Positions 1-8,707 of a DNA stretch of 64,000 nucleotides are shown piece after piece. The notes under the pieces are model-generated. The model was given only the letters and a program-made list of their open reading frames with translations, searched no databases and was not told the DNA's origin. This DNA is from Longimicrobiales bacterium (GTDB lineage: Bacteria; Gemmatimonadota; Gemmatimonadetes; Longimicrobiales; Gaopeijiaceae): contig OZ241869.1 of assembly GCA_965202805.1 (NCBI GenBank), positions 2,848,001 to 2,912,000 of the forward strand. The letters run 5' to 3'. The position numbers were made by a program, and so were the translations under genes. Position 1 is the stretch's first letter, and each line of letters starts with the position of its first letter.

Positions 1-1419
1 ATCCGGGGCGGAGAGATCCGGGAGCCAGAGGAAGGAGACGCCGCGAAGCTCGATGGTATTCTGGAACACGAAGAAGAGGGTGATGAGCACCGGGAAGGGG
101 ATGAGCATGGGCACGCATCCGGCCAGCGGATTGAAGCCATGTTCCTTGTACAGCCTCATCATCTCCTTCTGCTGCCGCTCGGGATCGTTCTTGTACTTGG
201 CCTGGATCTCCTTGACCATGGGCGCGACGGCGGTGTTCCTCAGCTGCGCGCGCATGGCCTTCTGGTTCAGCGGAAAGAGGACGACCCGCATCATGACCCC
301 GAACAGGATCAACACCCATCCATAGCCCCAGCCCAGCTGGTTGTGCAGGTAGATGAGGATCGTGGTGATGATCGCCGCAAACGGCTGGATGACGGGCCGC
401 AGCCACCTCCAGCCGACCGGGTTCACATCTTCGAGGTCACCGCCGATCGTCGTCAGCCGGGTGAAGTCCTGCGGCCCCAGATAGACCCGATACGCGAACG
501 AGTCGTCGGGCAGGAGGCTCTGCGCGGCGGTTACCGATACCCGCGGCTCCTCCCCGCCGTACAGGTCGACCGGGCGCCGCGCGAACACACCACCCAGGAA
601 GCGCTCCGCCTCCCAGTCCTCTCCGGCCAGCAGCGCCGCCAGGAAGTACTTGCTCTTGAGCGCCACCCACAGCAGCGGGCCGTCCTCGACCCGATCGTCC
701 TCGAAATTCCTGAGCGGCCGCTGCCGGATCCCGTCCTGGGTGTGGTTGACCACGTAGGCGAGCGCCTGTTCGTCATCGGCGGGGCGCGCCTCGTTGAACG
801 CCAGTCCCTGGCCCAGGTCGGTAAGCAGAAGACCTCGATCGACCCCGAGAACACGCCCGCGGACGTCGATCAGATATGAGTCCGGGTCAAAACGGTATCG
901 GATTTCGAAACCGGTCGCCCCGTCGGGACTCCGGAAGGCAAAGCCGAGCTCCTGCGGGTCACCGCCCTCGGCCAGCGTAAGTCCTTCCGCAGGAGACACT
1001 TCGAACGGCATTGCGGAGAAGTCGAGGGTGTCTCCGGCGACTGCGACCCGGTTGCCGAACGCCCCCGGTCCGTCGCGCAGGAGAAGCTGTACCGGGCCAT
1101 CGTCCGCGAACGACCTGAATCCCGGCAGGACCGCGGACTGCAACTGCGCCCCGTAGTTGCTGAACTCGAACTCGTAGAGCGGTCCCCGCACGCGGATCCG
1201 GCGCTCGGGCACCACCGGCGCATCCGGCGCGGGCACGACGCCGATCCCGACGCTCGTCGTTACCGCGGACTCGGGCGGCTCTTCGGTTTGAGGTTCGCCT
1301 TCCACGGCCGCGGGCGTGGGCGGCTCCGGGGTCGGGGGAGGCGGGAAGAGCAGGTTGGTCCCGAACAGGACGCCGATCATCAGAAAGATGGCGAGGACGA
1401 AGCGAAGTTCCGGCCTCAT
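1..1419 (-). CDS. yidC: Membrane protein insertase YidC (3' end runs off the window)
   Basis: ATG at 1419 overlaps the yidD stop (ATGA) and reads [25 protein letters not shown]. Near the window edge it reads [43 protein letters not shown]...[17 protein letters not shown], the YidC hallmark. Canonical rpmH-rnpA-yidD-yidC order. Confidence 0.95.
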   Translation of the reverse strand, partial: MRPELRFVLAIFLMIGVLFGTNLLFPPPPTPEPPTPAAVEGEPQTEEPPESAVTTSVGIGVVPAPDAPVVPERRIRVRGPLYEFEFSNYGAQLQSAVLPGFRSFADDGPVQLLLRDGPGAFGNRVAVAGDTLDFSAMPFEVSPAEGLTLAEGGDPQELGFAFRSPDGATGFEIRYRFDPDSYLIDVRGRVLGVDRGLLLTDLGQGLAFNEARPADDEQALAYVVNHTQDGIRQRPLRNFEDDRVEDGPLLWVALKSKYFLAALLAGEDWEAERFLGGVFARRPVDLYGGEEPRVSVTAAQSLLPDDSFAYRVYLGPQDFTRLTTIGGDLEDVNPVGWRWLRPVIQPFAAIITTILIYLHNQLGWGYGWVLILFGVMMRVVLFPLNQKAMRAQLRNTAVAPMVKEIQAKYKNDPERQQKEMMRLYKEHGFNPLAGCVPMLIPFPVLITLFFVFQNTIELRGVSFLWLPDLSAPD

Positions 1420-1637
1420 CGCGCGCGTCCTCGAGGCACCGGGTCAAAGCCCTTCCCTCCGAGGGGATGGCACCGGCAGAGCCGCCGCAGAGTCAGCCAG
1501 CAGCCGCGAAGGGTTCCGTGCCGTTCGAGCGCCTCCAGCGCATAGGACGAACAGCTGGGCACGAAGCGACAGGCAGGCGGCGTCAACGGAGAGATGGCCG
1601 CGCGATAGAATCGAATGCCGCTCAGCAAGAACTTCAG
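1416..1637 (-). CDS. yidD: Membrane protein insertion efficiency factor YidD
   Basis: [53 protein letters not shown] motif. Start inferred at CTG 1637, which overlaps the rnpA TGA and has GAGGAG 5 nt upstream. Confidence 0.92.
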   Translation of the reverse strand: MKFLLSGIRFYRAAISPLTPPACRFVPSCSSYALEALERHGTLRGCWLTLRRLCRCHPLGGKGFDPVPRGRAR

Positions 1638-2020
1638 AGTAGCTCCTCGGTCAGCTTCACCAGTTGACTCCTGAGCTGCTGGAACGACACGCCGTACGCC
1701 TCCCGCCTCGTTCTGACCAGGAAGTCCAGTTCCCGGGGAAGGGTGTCGAGCCGCGGCAGCACCTCGATTCGGCCGATTTCCCGCAGCCGACGCCTCAAGC
1801 GGTTGCGATCCACGATGGTGTGCCCGTACTTGGGCACGATCACACCGAAGCGGGCACAGGAAGCGGCGGAAGCCGCGAGGAAGACGTCGAGTTCGGACGT
1901 CCGCCGTCGCTTCCCCCGCCTTAGCAGGCTCCGGATCTCGCCGGACCGCCGAATGCGTCTCACGGGCGGAAAGCATACTTCGGTTGGAGGCCCCGGCTCG
2001 TCGGCGGCTGCGCCGTCTAC
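1634..2020 (-). CDS. rnpA: Ribonuclease P protein component (start uncertain)
   Basis: [13 protein letters not shown]...[25 protein letters not shown] (RNR motif), lying between rpmH and yidD. No ATG/GTG/TTG occurs between the rpmH stop and the conserved N-terminal motif. Confidence 0.9.
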   Translation of the reverse strand, partial: VDGAAADEPGPPTEVCFPPVRRIRRSGEIRSLLRRGKRRRTSELDVFLAASAASCARFGVIVPKYGHTIVDRNRLRRRLREIGRIEVLPRLDTLPRELDFLVRTRREAYGVSFQQLRSQLVKLTEELL

Positions 2021-2166
2021 TTCGAGCCGACCTCCACGACCAGCCTGCGGCGCCCCTTCCTCCTCCGCCTCGACAGTGTCTTGCGGCCTGCCCGAGTGCT
2101 CATTCTGGCGCGGAATCCGTGGGTGTTCTTTCTCTTTCGATTCCGTGGTCTGTATGTCGGTTTCAT
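2017..2166 (-). CDS. rpmH: 50S ribosomal protein L34
   Basis: [42 protein letters not shown]. Confidence 0.97.
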   Translation of the reverse strand: MKPTYRPRNRKRKNTHGFRARMSTRAGRKTLSRRRRKGRRRLVVEVGSK

Positions 2167-2174
2167 GTGGAACG
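2159..2174. promoter_or_regulatory. parS-like centromere site
   Basis: GGTTTCATGTGGAACG matches the parS pattern nGTTnCAnnTGnAACn and lies within 2 kb of oriC. Confidence 0.55.
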
Positions 2175-2343
2175 TTCGTGAAAGGGACCACCCGCATCCT
2201 GTCGAGCCACTCGCACCAACCACCAGACGAACGCGGGACGGGCGAGGAACCTACCGGAAATCCGCGCGGACCGTCAACCCCGCCCTGCACCGCCATGCCC
2301 GCTCGACCGGCGTCGCCCCGGGGCGCAGGCCCGCCTTCGGCGA

Positions 2344-2372
2344 TTGACTTTTCCACACTCCAGGGGTACCGT
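2344..2372 (+). promoter_or_regulatory. sigma70-type dnaA promoter with an embedded DnaA box
   Basis: TTGACT-17 nt-TACCGT. TTTTCCACA (fits TTWTNCACA) at 2349-2357 overlaps the -35 and spacer. Confidence 0.65.
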
Positions 2373-2445
2373 TGCATCCTTCGGTTCTCCGGGGGCTTTC
2401 CGCGCAAGCCCCGGCCCTTGAATCTCCTCCCCCAGTCCTTCCTCG

Positions 2446-3834
2446 ATGGAACTCTCTGCTTCCGAAATCTGGGCTCACGCCCTGGCTGCCGCGCGGACCT
2501 ACCTGCCGGAGCAGAGTTTCCAGACCTGGCTCTCCGGCACCGAGGCGGTCGGCTTCTCCGATGGAGAGCTTCTCGTCGAGGCCCCCAGCCAATTCCACGT
2601 GGAGTGGATCGAGGACAAGTACGGCGCGCTGCTCCGCAGAAGCATCGAGCAGAGGCTGGGACGTCCGTTGTCGATCTCCTACCGTTCATCGGCTTCACAC
2701 GCCGCGCCGGCAGCCTTCGACCTGGCTGCGGACACTCCTTCCTACGCCACGACCGCGTACAGGTCCAGCATATCCGAGTCCAGGCCCCCGGTGTCCTCCG
2801 ACAAGCTGAACGAGCGCTACACCTTCGACCGCTTCGTCGTGGGCAACAACAACCAGCTGGCCGTCGCAGCCTGCCGTGCCGTCGCCGAGAAACCGGCCCG
2901 CATGTACAATCCGCTCTTCGTGTACGGCGGGGTGGGACTCGGAAAGACCCATCTCATGCATGCGATCGGCAACTACCTGCAGCAGCACGCTCCCCAGACG
3001 CACATCGCATACGTTCCCACCGAGCAATTCACCAACGAGCTGGTCACATCCATCCAGGAGGGAGCCACGCCCGGCTTCCGCCGGCGCTATAGGCATATCG
3101 ATCTGCTGCTCGTAGACGACATCCACTTCCTCGAAGGCAAGGAACGCACACAGGAAGAGTTTTTTCACACCTTCAACGCCCTTTACGACGCGCAGAAGCA
3201 GATTGTTCTGACCAGCGACCGCGCACCCAGCAGCCTGTCCGGGCTCGAGCAGCGTCTGGTGTCGCGTTTCGCGTGGGGTCTGGTGGCCGACATCAAGCCG
3301 CCGGACTACGAAACCCGGATTGCGATCGTCCGGAAGAAGTCGGCCGCCGACGGGCTCTTCCTGGAGGATGACGTGATCGACCTCGTGGCCCGGTCGTGCA
3401 CCTCGTCGGTCCGGGAGATGGAAGGCGCGATCATCAAGCTGCTCGCCTTTTCGTCCCTCACGAATCAGGAGATTACGCTCAAGCTCGCGCACGAGGCCCT
3501 GCAGGAATCCCGAATCCCGAGCGACATCCCGTCCCCGCCCATTTCGATGACCGACATCCTGAACGCGGCCGCTGCAGCATGGCGGGTGGAACCCGCAGGC
3601 CTCGTCTCGAAGCGGCGTACTCGTGACGTGACCGTGCCCCGGCAGGTCGCCATGTTCCTGATCAAGGAGATTCTCGATCCGCCCCTGACCCGGATCGGCG
3701 CGGCCTTCGGGGGGCGCGATCACTCCACGGTCATCCACTCGATCCGAAAGGTGGATCGTGACATGCAGACGGACGAGGAGTTCGCCGGGCGCGTGTCCCG
3801 GCTGCGGGATCAGATTCTCGCGGGAGGAGCGTGA
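2446..3834 (+). CDS. dnaA: Chromosomal replication initiator DnaA
   Basis: YTFDRFVVGNNN, YNPLFVYGGVGLGKTHL, DLLLVDDIHFL, QEEFFHTFN, FGGRDHSTVIHS. Confidence 0.99.
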   Translation: MELSASEIWAHALAAARTYLPEQSFQTWLSGTEAVGFSDGELLVEAPSQFHVEWIEDKYGALLRRSIEQRLGRPLSISYRSSASHAAPAAFDLAADTPSYATTAYRSSISESRPPVSSDKLNERYTFDRFVVGNNNQLAVAACRAVAEKPARMYNPLFVYGGVGLGKTHLMHAIGNYLQQHAPQTHIAYVPTEQFTNELVTSIQEGATPGFRRRYRHIDLLLVDDIHFLEGKERTQEEFFHTFNALYDAQKQIVLTSDRAPSSLSGLEQRLVSRFAWGLVADIKPPDYETRIAIVRKKSAADGLFLEDDVIDLVARSCTSSVREMEGAIIKLLAFSSLTNQEITLKLAHEALQESRIPSDIPSPPISMTDILNAAAAAWRVEPAGLVSKRRTRDVTVPRQVAMFLIKEILDPPLTRIGAAFGGRDHSTVIHSIRKVDRDMQTDEEFAGRVSRLRDQILAGGA

Positions 3835-4129
3835 AATCCATGTTCAAACCGATGGGGAGAACCGGGGAAACCTCGAGGCCTGCTCCACTCGCGACGTCCC
3901 GGCTGTGGATTCATGGAAAACCGGATGCCCTTATGCAACCGGATTCCACGGCATCCTGCCATTCCCGAGGTCGTTGGGATGAAGCAGGTTACCCGGACGC
4001 GGACGAGACGTTATCGACAACCCCACAGCCCCTACTACTACTACTTTTTACCTGTCCAAGGGTAGAACTCGAACTTCCTCTCGTGGATTCGCCCAAGAGC
4101 GCAACTCAATTACCCAGGACCCGATCCAC
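3835..4129. other. Replication origin oriC (dnaA-dnaN intergenic)
   Basis: Degenerate DnaA boxes (TGTGGATTC 3904, TTATCGACA 4011, GATCCACA before dnaN) and a GC-spacer/CTA-trio/T-run unwinding element at 4011-4050. Confidence 0.85.
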
Positions 4130-5245
4130 ATGAAACTTGCCCTGACTCGGCAGAACCTGTACCAGGGACTCTCGGCAGTCTCCCAGTCCGTCCCGGCCCG
4201 AACCACGCTGCCGGTTCTCTCCAACATTCTCTTCGATGCGACCGAAGAGGGCCTCTGGATCACGGCCACGGATCTGGATGTCACGGTTCGAACCCGCGTC
4301 CCCGCGGAGGTTCAGGAGGCAGGTTCGTTGACCGTCCCCGGGAAGAAGATCCAGGAGATCGTGCGGGCTCTTCCCGACCGTCCGGTGCTGGCGGGCACGC
4401 TGGGCAGCCAGATGGAGCTGGTCTGCGGCAAGAGCCGGTTCAAGCTCAACGGGCTGCCTGCAGATGATTTCCCGTCGTCGCCCCACCTGGACTTCGACCA
4501 GGCATGGACTACCTCCGGGGCCGACCTTCTGTCGCTCATCCGCAATACCTCCTTCGCGGTTTCGAGCGAGGAGAGCCGGCCGATCCTGAGCGGAGTGCTC
4601 TGGGAACTGCGGGGAAACGAGATGAGAATGGTGGCGACCAACGGCCACAGGCTCGCGAGGAGGGCGGTCAAGACCGAGTCGTCCGGGCCCGCGGCCTCGA
4701 ACCTCATCGTTCCCCCCTCGGCGTTGAAGCTGGTTCAGCGGCTCTTCGGTGAAGGGGATGACCTCGAGTTGGGCCGGGACGGCAACTTTCTCGGTTTTCG
4801 CTCGGGGGCAACCGAGGTGTTTACCCGGCTGATCGACGGCACCTACCCCAACTACAAGCAGGTGATTCCCAAGGACAACGACAAGTTTGCGGTGGTCGAC
4901 AAGAACAGCCTGCTTGCCGCCGTGAAGCGGATGGACGTTGTCGCGAGCGACCAGACGCACCGGATCAAGCTCAGATTTTCGGGTAGCCGGATGAACCTGA
5001 GCGTGAGCACGCCCGATCTGGGTGAGGGGTACGATGAGGTGGATCTCGGATACGAGGGCGACGACCTCGAAATCGGGTTCAACGCCAGCTATCTGATCGA
5101 GGTGCTCCAGCACATGCCCACGGATGATGTGCGGCTGGGATTCAAGGCGCCGGAGCGTGCGGCGACCGTCGAGCCGGTGCCAGCGGAGGACGCGGACGCG
5201 ATCGATTACCTCTGCCTGGTGATGCCCCTTCGGTTGCTCGACTGA
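4130..5245 (+). CDS. dnaN: DNA polymerase III beta sliding clamp
   Basis: TLPVLSNIL, ATDLD, SRPILSGV, VATNGHRL, LIDGTYPNYKQVIP, IGFNASYLIEVL, LVMPLRL. Confidence 0.98.
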   Translation: MKLALTRQNLYQGLSAVSQSVPARTTLPVLSNILFDATEEGLWITATDLDVTVRTRVPAEVQEAGSLTVPGKKIQEIVRALPDRPVLAGTLGSQMELVCGKSRFKLNGLPADDFPSSPHLDFDQAWTTSGADLLSLIRNTSFAVSSEESRPILSGVLWELRGNEMRMVATNGHRLARRAVKTESSGPAASNLIVPPSALKLVQRLFGEGDDLELGRDGNFLGFRSGATEVFTRLIDGTYPNYKQVIPKDNDKFAVVDKNSLLAAVKRMDVVASDQTHRIKLRFSGSRMNLSVSTPDLGEGYDEVDLGYEGDDLEIGFNASYLIEVLQHMPTDDVRLGFKAPERAATVEPVPAEDADAIDYLCLVMPLRLLD

Positions 5246-5793
5246 ACCGCGGCAAGGAGTTCACTCGCGGGGAACACGGTTGTCACCGCGTACCCTTCGG
5301 CCGTGATACGCTCACCGGCCCCTTCCTCCCGATCTACGAGCGCCAGGACGGCGAGCACCCGGGCACCGTGCTCCTCGACAGCCCGGATCGCCTTGAGGGT
5401 GCTGCGGCCGGTGGTCATCGCATCCTCGATGACCACCACGCATGCATCCGCGGGAAGACCACCCTCGATCCTGCGCCGGGTGCCGTACTCCTTCGCGTCC
5501 TTGCGGACGGAAAACGCATCGACGGGACGGCCCTCCTCCCAGCTCTGGCGGGCGATGGCGTAGGAGATCGGGTCGGCGCCCAACGTCAGCCCGCCGACGT
5601 GGGTGGGATCCAGATCGGCGCGCCGGAGGTAACTCAGGCATACGCGGCCAACGAGCGCCTGTCCCTCGGCGGTCATGGTCGTCGCTCGCGCGTCGACGTA
5701 GTACGTGGAACGGGTGCCGCTGGCGAGCGTGAACCCGCCTAGCCGGAGAGATCGCTTGATGAGCAGGGCGAGCAGGCGGTCGCGGCTGTCCAT
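5206..5793 (-). CDS. pyrE: Orotate phosphoribosyltransferase
   Basis: GGFTLASGTRSTYYVDAR, GGLTLGADPI, VRKDAKEYGT, PRT motif VVIEDAMTTGRS. Confidence 0.95.
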   Translation of the reverse strand: MDSRDRLLALLIKRSLRLGGFTLASGTRSTYYVDARATTMTAEGQALVGRVCLSYLRRADLDPTHVGGLTLGADPISYAIARQSWEEGRPVDAFSVRKDAKEYGTRRRIEGGLPADACVVVIEDAMTTGRSTLKAIRAVEEHGARVLAVLALVDREEGAGERITAEGYAVTTVFPASELLAAVQSSNRRGITRQR

Positions 5794-5934
5794 GCGGGTC
5801 CTCGGCGCGGGAGAACGATAACGCGCCCCGCGCGCAGCGCCGGGGCAAAACAGGACGGAAAGCGGGTAGCGCGGTATATTGATATCCGAGTTCCGCATCG
5901 TCAAACGAGGCAAGGGGCCGGCAAAGGTATCGGT

Positions 5935-6978
5935 GTGACAAGGAGGTTCGGGCTTCCGTGGATCCGGGTGGCCATCTTGACGGCCGCGGTTTCCGCATGC
6001 GAGGAGAACGGCGTGGAGCCGCCCACGCTGCGCTTCGGCCAATCCGGTCAGTTGGTCGTGGAGGTCGTGACTCCGCGATTGTCGCTCCTGTCACCGCTCC
6101 AGCCACCCGGCATGGGAGAGTTGCGCCAGACACTCACCTGGAGGTCGACCGGCGCCTGGCAGTTGGTCGAGTCGATCGCCTACCGGGGGGTGGTGGGGAG
6201 CGAGACCACCACGCGAAGTCCGGGACTCCCGGGGACGTTCGCCGCAGCCTACGCCACGCTGGTCGCTCAGATCCAGGGGGGGACCCAACTGGATCTCTTC
6301 ACCGGCGATCTCAATCCGGACCTTGGCCGGATTTGTCCCCCCGAGGATCCGGCCCGCGATACGCTGACAACCCGCGTAACGCTGCGAATTCAGGATGAGA
6401 TTCGGGGTGAGGAGAGAGGCTGGACGCGGTGTGCGAAGGGCCCGCTTGGATCACTGAATCCGGCCGGGTCCGGGTCCAGGGCCGATCCACACGCCAGTCG
6501 GGTGATCCAGGTCTCCAGGCTCGTGCACAACCGCACCCTTGGAGAATCCGCCACCAGCGTCTACAGCCGAAGCATCCCGTTCGCGACCCTCGACCAGGGG
6601 GCAAAGCCCGGTGAACGGGGACTGGTCTCCCAGGTGTTCTTCGGAGGACCCGCCGCGGGCGATGCACCGGCCGACTGGGGGGACTTCTGGGGATGGCACG
6701 CCGGTGGGGCTTCCCCTCCGGACATCGACTGGTCGGCGGACATGGTGGTGGTCGCGGCGGACGGCCCTCGCGAGGAGGCGGGGAGCGAACTGGAGATCAG
6801 GGAGATCAGTGCCATAGGCGAGGGTGCGATCATTCAGATCGTGGAGTTCGCCCCGGGTGATTTCTGTTCGCCTGCGGCGGTGGTCCAGACTCCCTTCCAC
6901 CTCGTCATCGCGCCACGGACGGGATCGGCGATCCAATTCAGGGAAGTTGTCCGCGAGCGGGTGCCCTGTGGGCTGTGA
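5935..6978 (+). CDS. Lipoprotein with C-terminal PrcB-like domain
   Basis: Signal peptide with lipobox VSAC. C-terminus PDIDWSADMVVVA..G......LEIREI...C....VVQTPFHLV resembles PrcB_C. Confidence 0.65.
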   Translation: MTRRFGLPWIRVAILTAAVSACEENGVEPPTLRFGQSGQLVVEVVTPRLSLLSPLQPPGMGELRQTLTWRSTGAWQLVESIAYRGVVGSETTTRSPGLPGTFAAAYATLVAQIQGGTQLDLFTGDLNPDLGRICPPEDPARDTLTTRVTLRIQDEIRGEERGWTRCAKGPLGSLNPAGSGSRADPHASRVIQVSRLVHNRTLGESATSVYSRSIPFATLDQGAKPGERGLVSQVFFGGPAAGDAPADWGDFWGWHAGGASPPDIDWSADMVVVAADGPREEAGSELEIREISAIGEGAIIQIVEFAPGDFCSPAAVVQTPFHLVIAPRTGSAIQFREVVRERVPCGL

Positions 6979-7054
6979 ACCGGGGCCACCGGCCGGACGA
7001 AACCGGAGAGCGTGCTCCTGAGCCGGAGCCAAACCGCAAACGGAGATCGCGACA

Positions 7055-8560
7055 GTGCCGCTTCGACGCCTGTACGTGCTGGTCCTGGTCGCCTTCGCGG
7101 TCATCTTCACGGCGACGAGCAGCTGGATGGCCTTCTCGGTCACCGACCGGGCGCTGGAGAGCGAGCTGGACGACAAGCTCCAGGTGACCGCGGGCGTGGC
7201 GGCGGAGACCGGCCTGGACGCGGGCAACCTGCTCCTGCTCAGCCGCGGCGCCGAAGGGAATCCGTTCTGGACCGACGCCTACGAGCGCCTGCGCAGTCTG
7301 GTCGACCGCGGATATGTGGACGCCGCCTGGATCATCCGCCGCGAAAGCCCGGCCTCTCCCGGAGAAGGCACGGTGCCCGGGGGAGAAGGAACCGTCGATC
7401 GTGTGCCCTCCTATACGGCCATCGTTTCGACCGAGTCGGCCGCCTCCGTTCCGATCATCGGGAACGACGTCTTCATCTTTTCCGGCTACGACCTGAGCGG
7501 ACTCTGGGAGGACGGATCGGCAACCTCGCCCAGCTTCGAGGGCACCGACGACGGTCGCTACTACAAGTACGGTTTCGCGCGGCTGGAGGACTCCGACCTC
7601 GCCCTCGCCGTGCTGATGCGCGCGGACTACCTCGCTCCCCTGACAAGGCTGCGAAGGTCGGTCTTCATCGCTTCCGCGATCACGGTCGTGTTGTCCGTTC
7701 TCGTGGCAATCGGCCTGGCCGCCCGCATCGCCGAGCCTCTGGAGCGGCTCAGCAGGGTGGCGCTTCGCATCCAGCGGGGCCGGATCACCCGGCCGGTAGA
7801 GGTGGAGGCGGGCGTCGAGATCGGCCGCCTCTCGCGGGCGATGGAACGAATGCGGCTGGGGATCATTCAGCGGGACGAGCAGCTCCGGCTCATGCTCGCT
7901 CAGGTCGCGCACGAAATCCGGAATCCGCTGGGCGGACTGAAGCTCTTCTCGGCCATCGCGGCCGACAGCGCCGATCGCAGGGAGCGGGCCCAGCTCTTCC
8001 GCAAGATCCAGGCGGAAGTAGACGCCCTCAACAGCATCATCACGGACTTTCTGGTGTACGCCCGCCCCCGGGCGCCCCAGCCGACGCTGCACGACATACG
8101 GGCTCCGCTCAAGGAGGCGGCCGAACTGGTTGCGACGGAGCTCGAGTCGAGGGGAGGCAGCCTCAAGGTCGATCTGCCGGATGCGCAGCTGGAGGTCGTG
8201 GCCGATTCGGGGCAGGTCAAACGCATGATTCTGAACCTGTTGCGCAACGCGGCCGACGCCGGTGACCGGGTGTGGCTCAAGGGGACCTTCAGCAACGGCG
8301 AAGTCATCGTGTCCGTGCGCGACAACGGGCCGGGCGTGCCCGAATCGTTGCGGGGGCGAATCTTCCAGCCCTTCGTTACCAGCAAGGAACGGGGCGCAGG
8401 CCTGGGACTCGCGATCGTGGCCGGCGTCGCACGAGCCCACGACGGCAGGGTCGAGCTGGTCTCCGGCGACGGCGCTGCTGGGAATGGCGCCGAGTTCCGT
8501 CTATATTTGCCGGGCTCGGAGGTGTTCCCGGTTGCGCGAAGCGAAGCGAATGCCCGCTAG
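7055..8560 (+). CDS. HAMP-domain sensor histidine kinase
   Basis: Two TM segments, HAMP, H-box AQVAHEIRNPL, N-box NLLRNA, DNGPG, GAGLGLAIV. Confidence 0.95.
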   Translation: MPLRRLYVLVLVAFAVIFTATSSWMAFSVTDRALESELDDKLQVTAGVAAETGLDAGNLLLLSRGAEGNPFWTDAYERLRSLVDRGYVDAAWIIRRESPASPGEGTVPGGEGTVDRVPSYTAIVSTESAASVPIIGNDVFIFSGYDLSGLWEDGSATSPSFEGTDDGRYYKYGFARLEDSDLALAVLMRADYLAPLTRLRRSVFIASAITVVLSVLVAIGLAARIAEPLERLSRVALRIQRGRITRPVEVEAGVEIGRLSRAMERMRLGIIQRDEQLRLMLAQVAHEIRNPLGGLKLFSAIAADSADRRERAQLFRKIQAEVDALNSIITDFLVYARPRAPQPTLHDIRAPLKEAAELVATELESRGGSLKVDLPDAQLEVVADSGQVKRMILNLLRNAADAGDRVWLKGTFSNGEVIVSVRDNGPGVPESLRGRIFQPFVTSKERGAGLGLAIVAGVARAHDGRVELVSGDGAAGNGAEFRLYLPGSEVFPVARSEANAR

Positions 8561-8707
8561 CGCCCCTGCCTGGTGCCTGCCTGCCGCCCGTTCGCCCGGG
8601 GATCGAGCGGCGCGCGCATCCCGGACTGCGCGCCATCCGTGCCTCCGGGCTCCAGCCCGTGTTCGCCTTCCTTCCACCGCCCCCTGCGGGCCCGATTATC
8701 TGGTGCC

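Noticed and set aside
2592..2604. Second parS (TTCCACGTGGA) inside dnaA
   Set aside because: The outer GTT/AAC arms do not match, and it is explained by the QFHVEW codons
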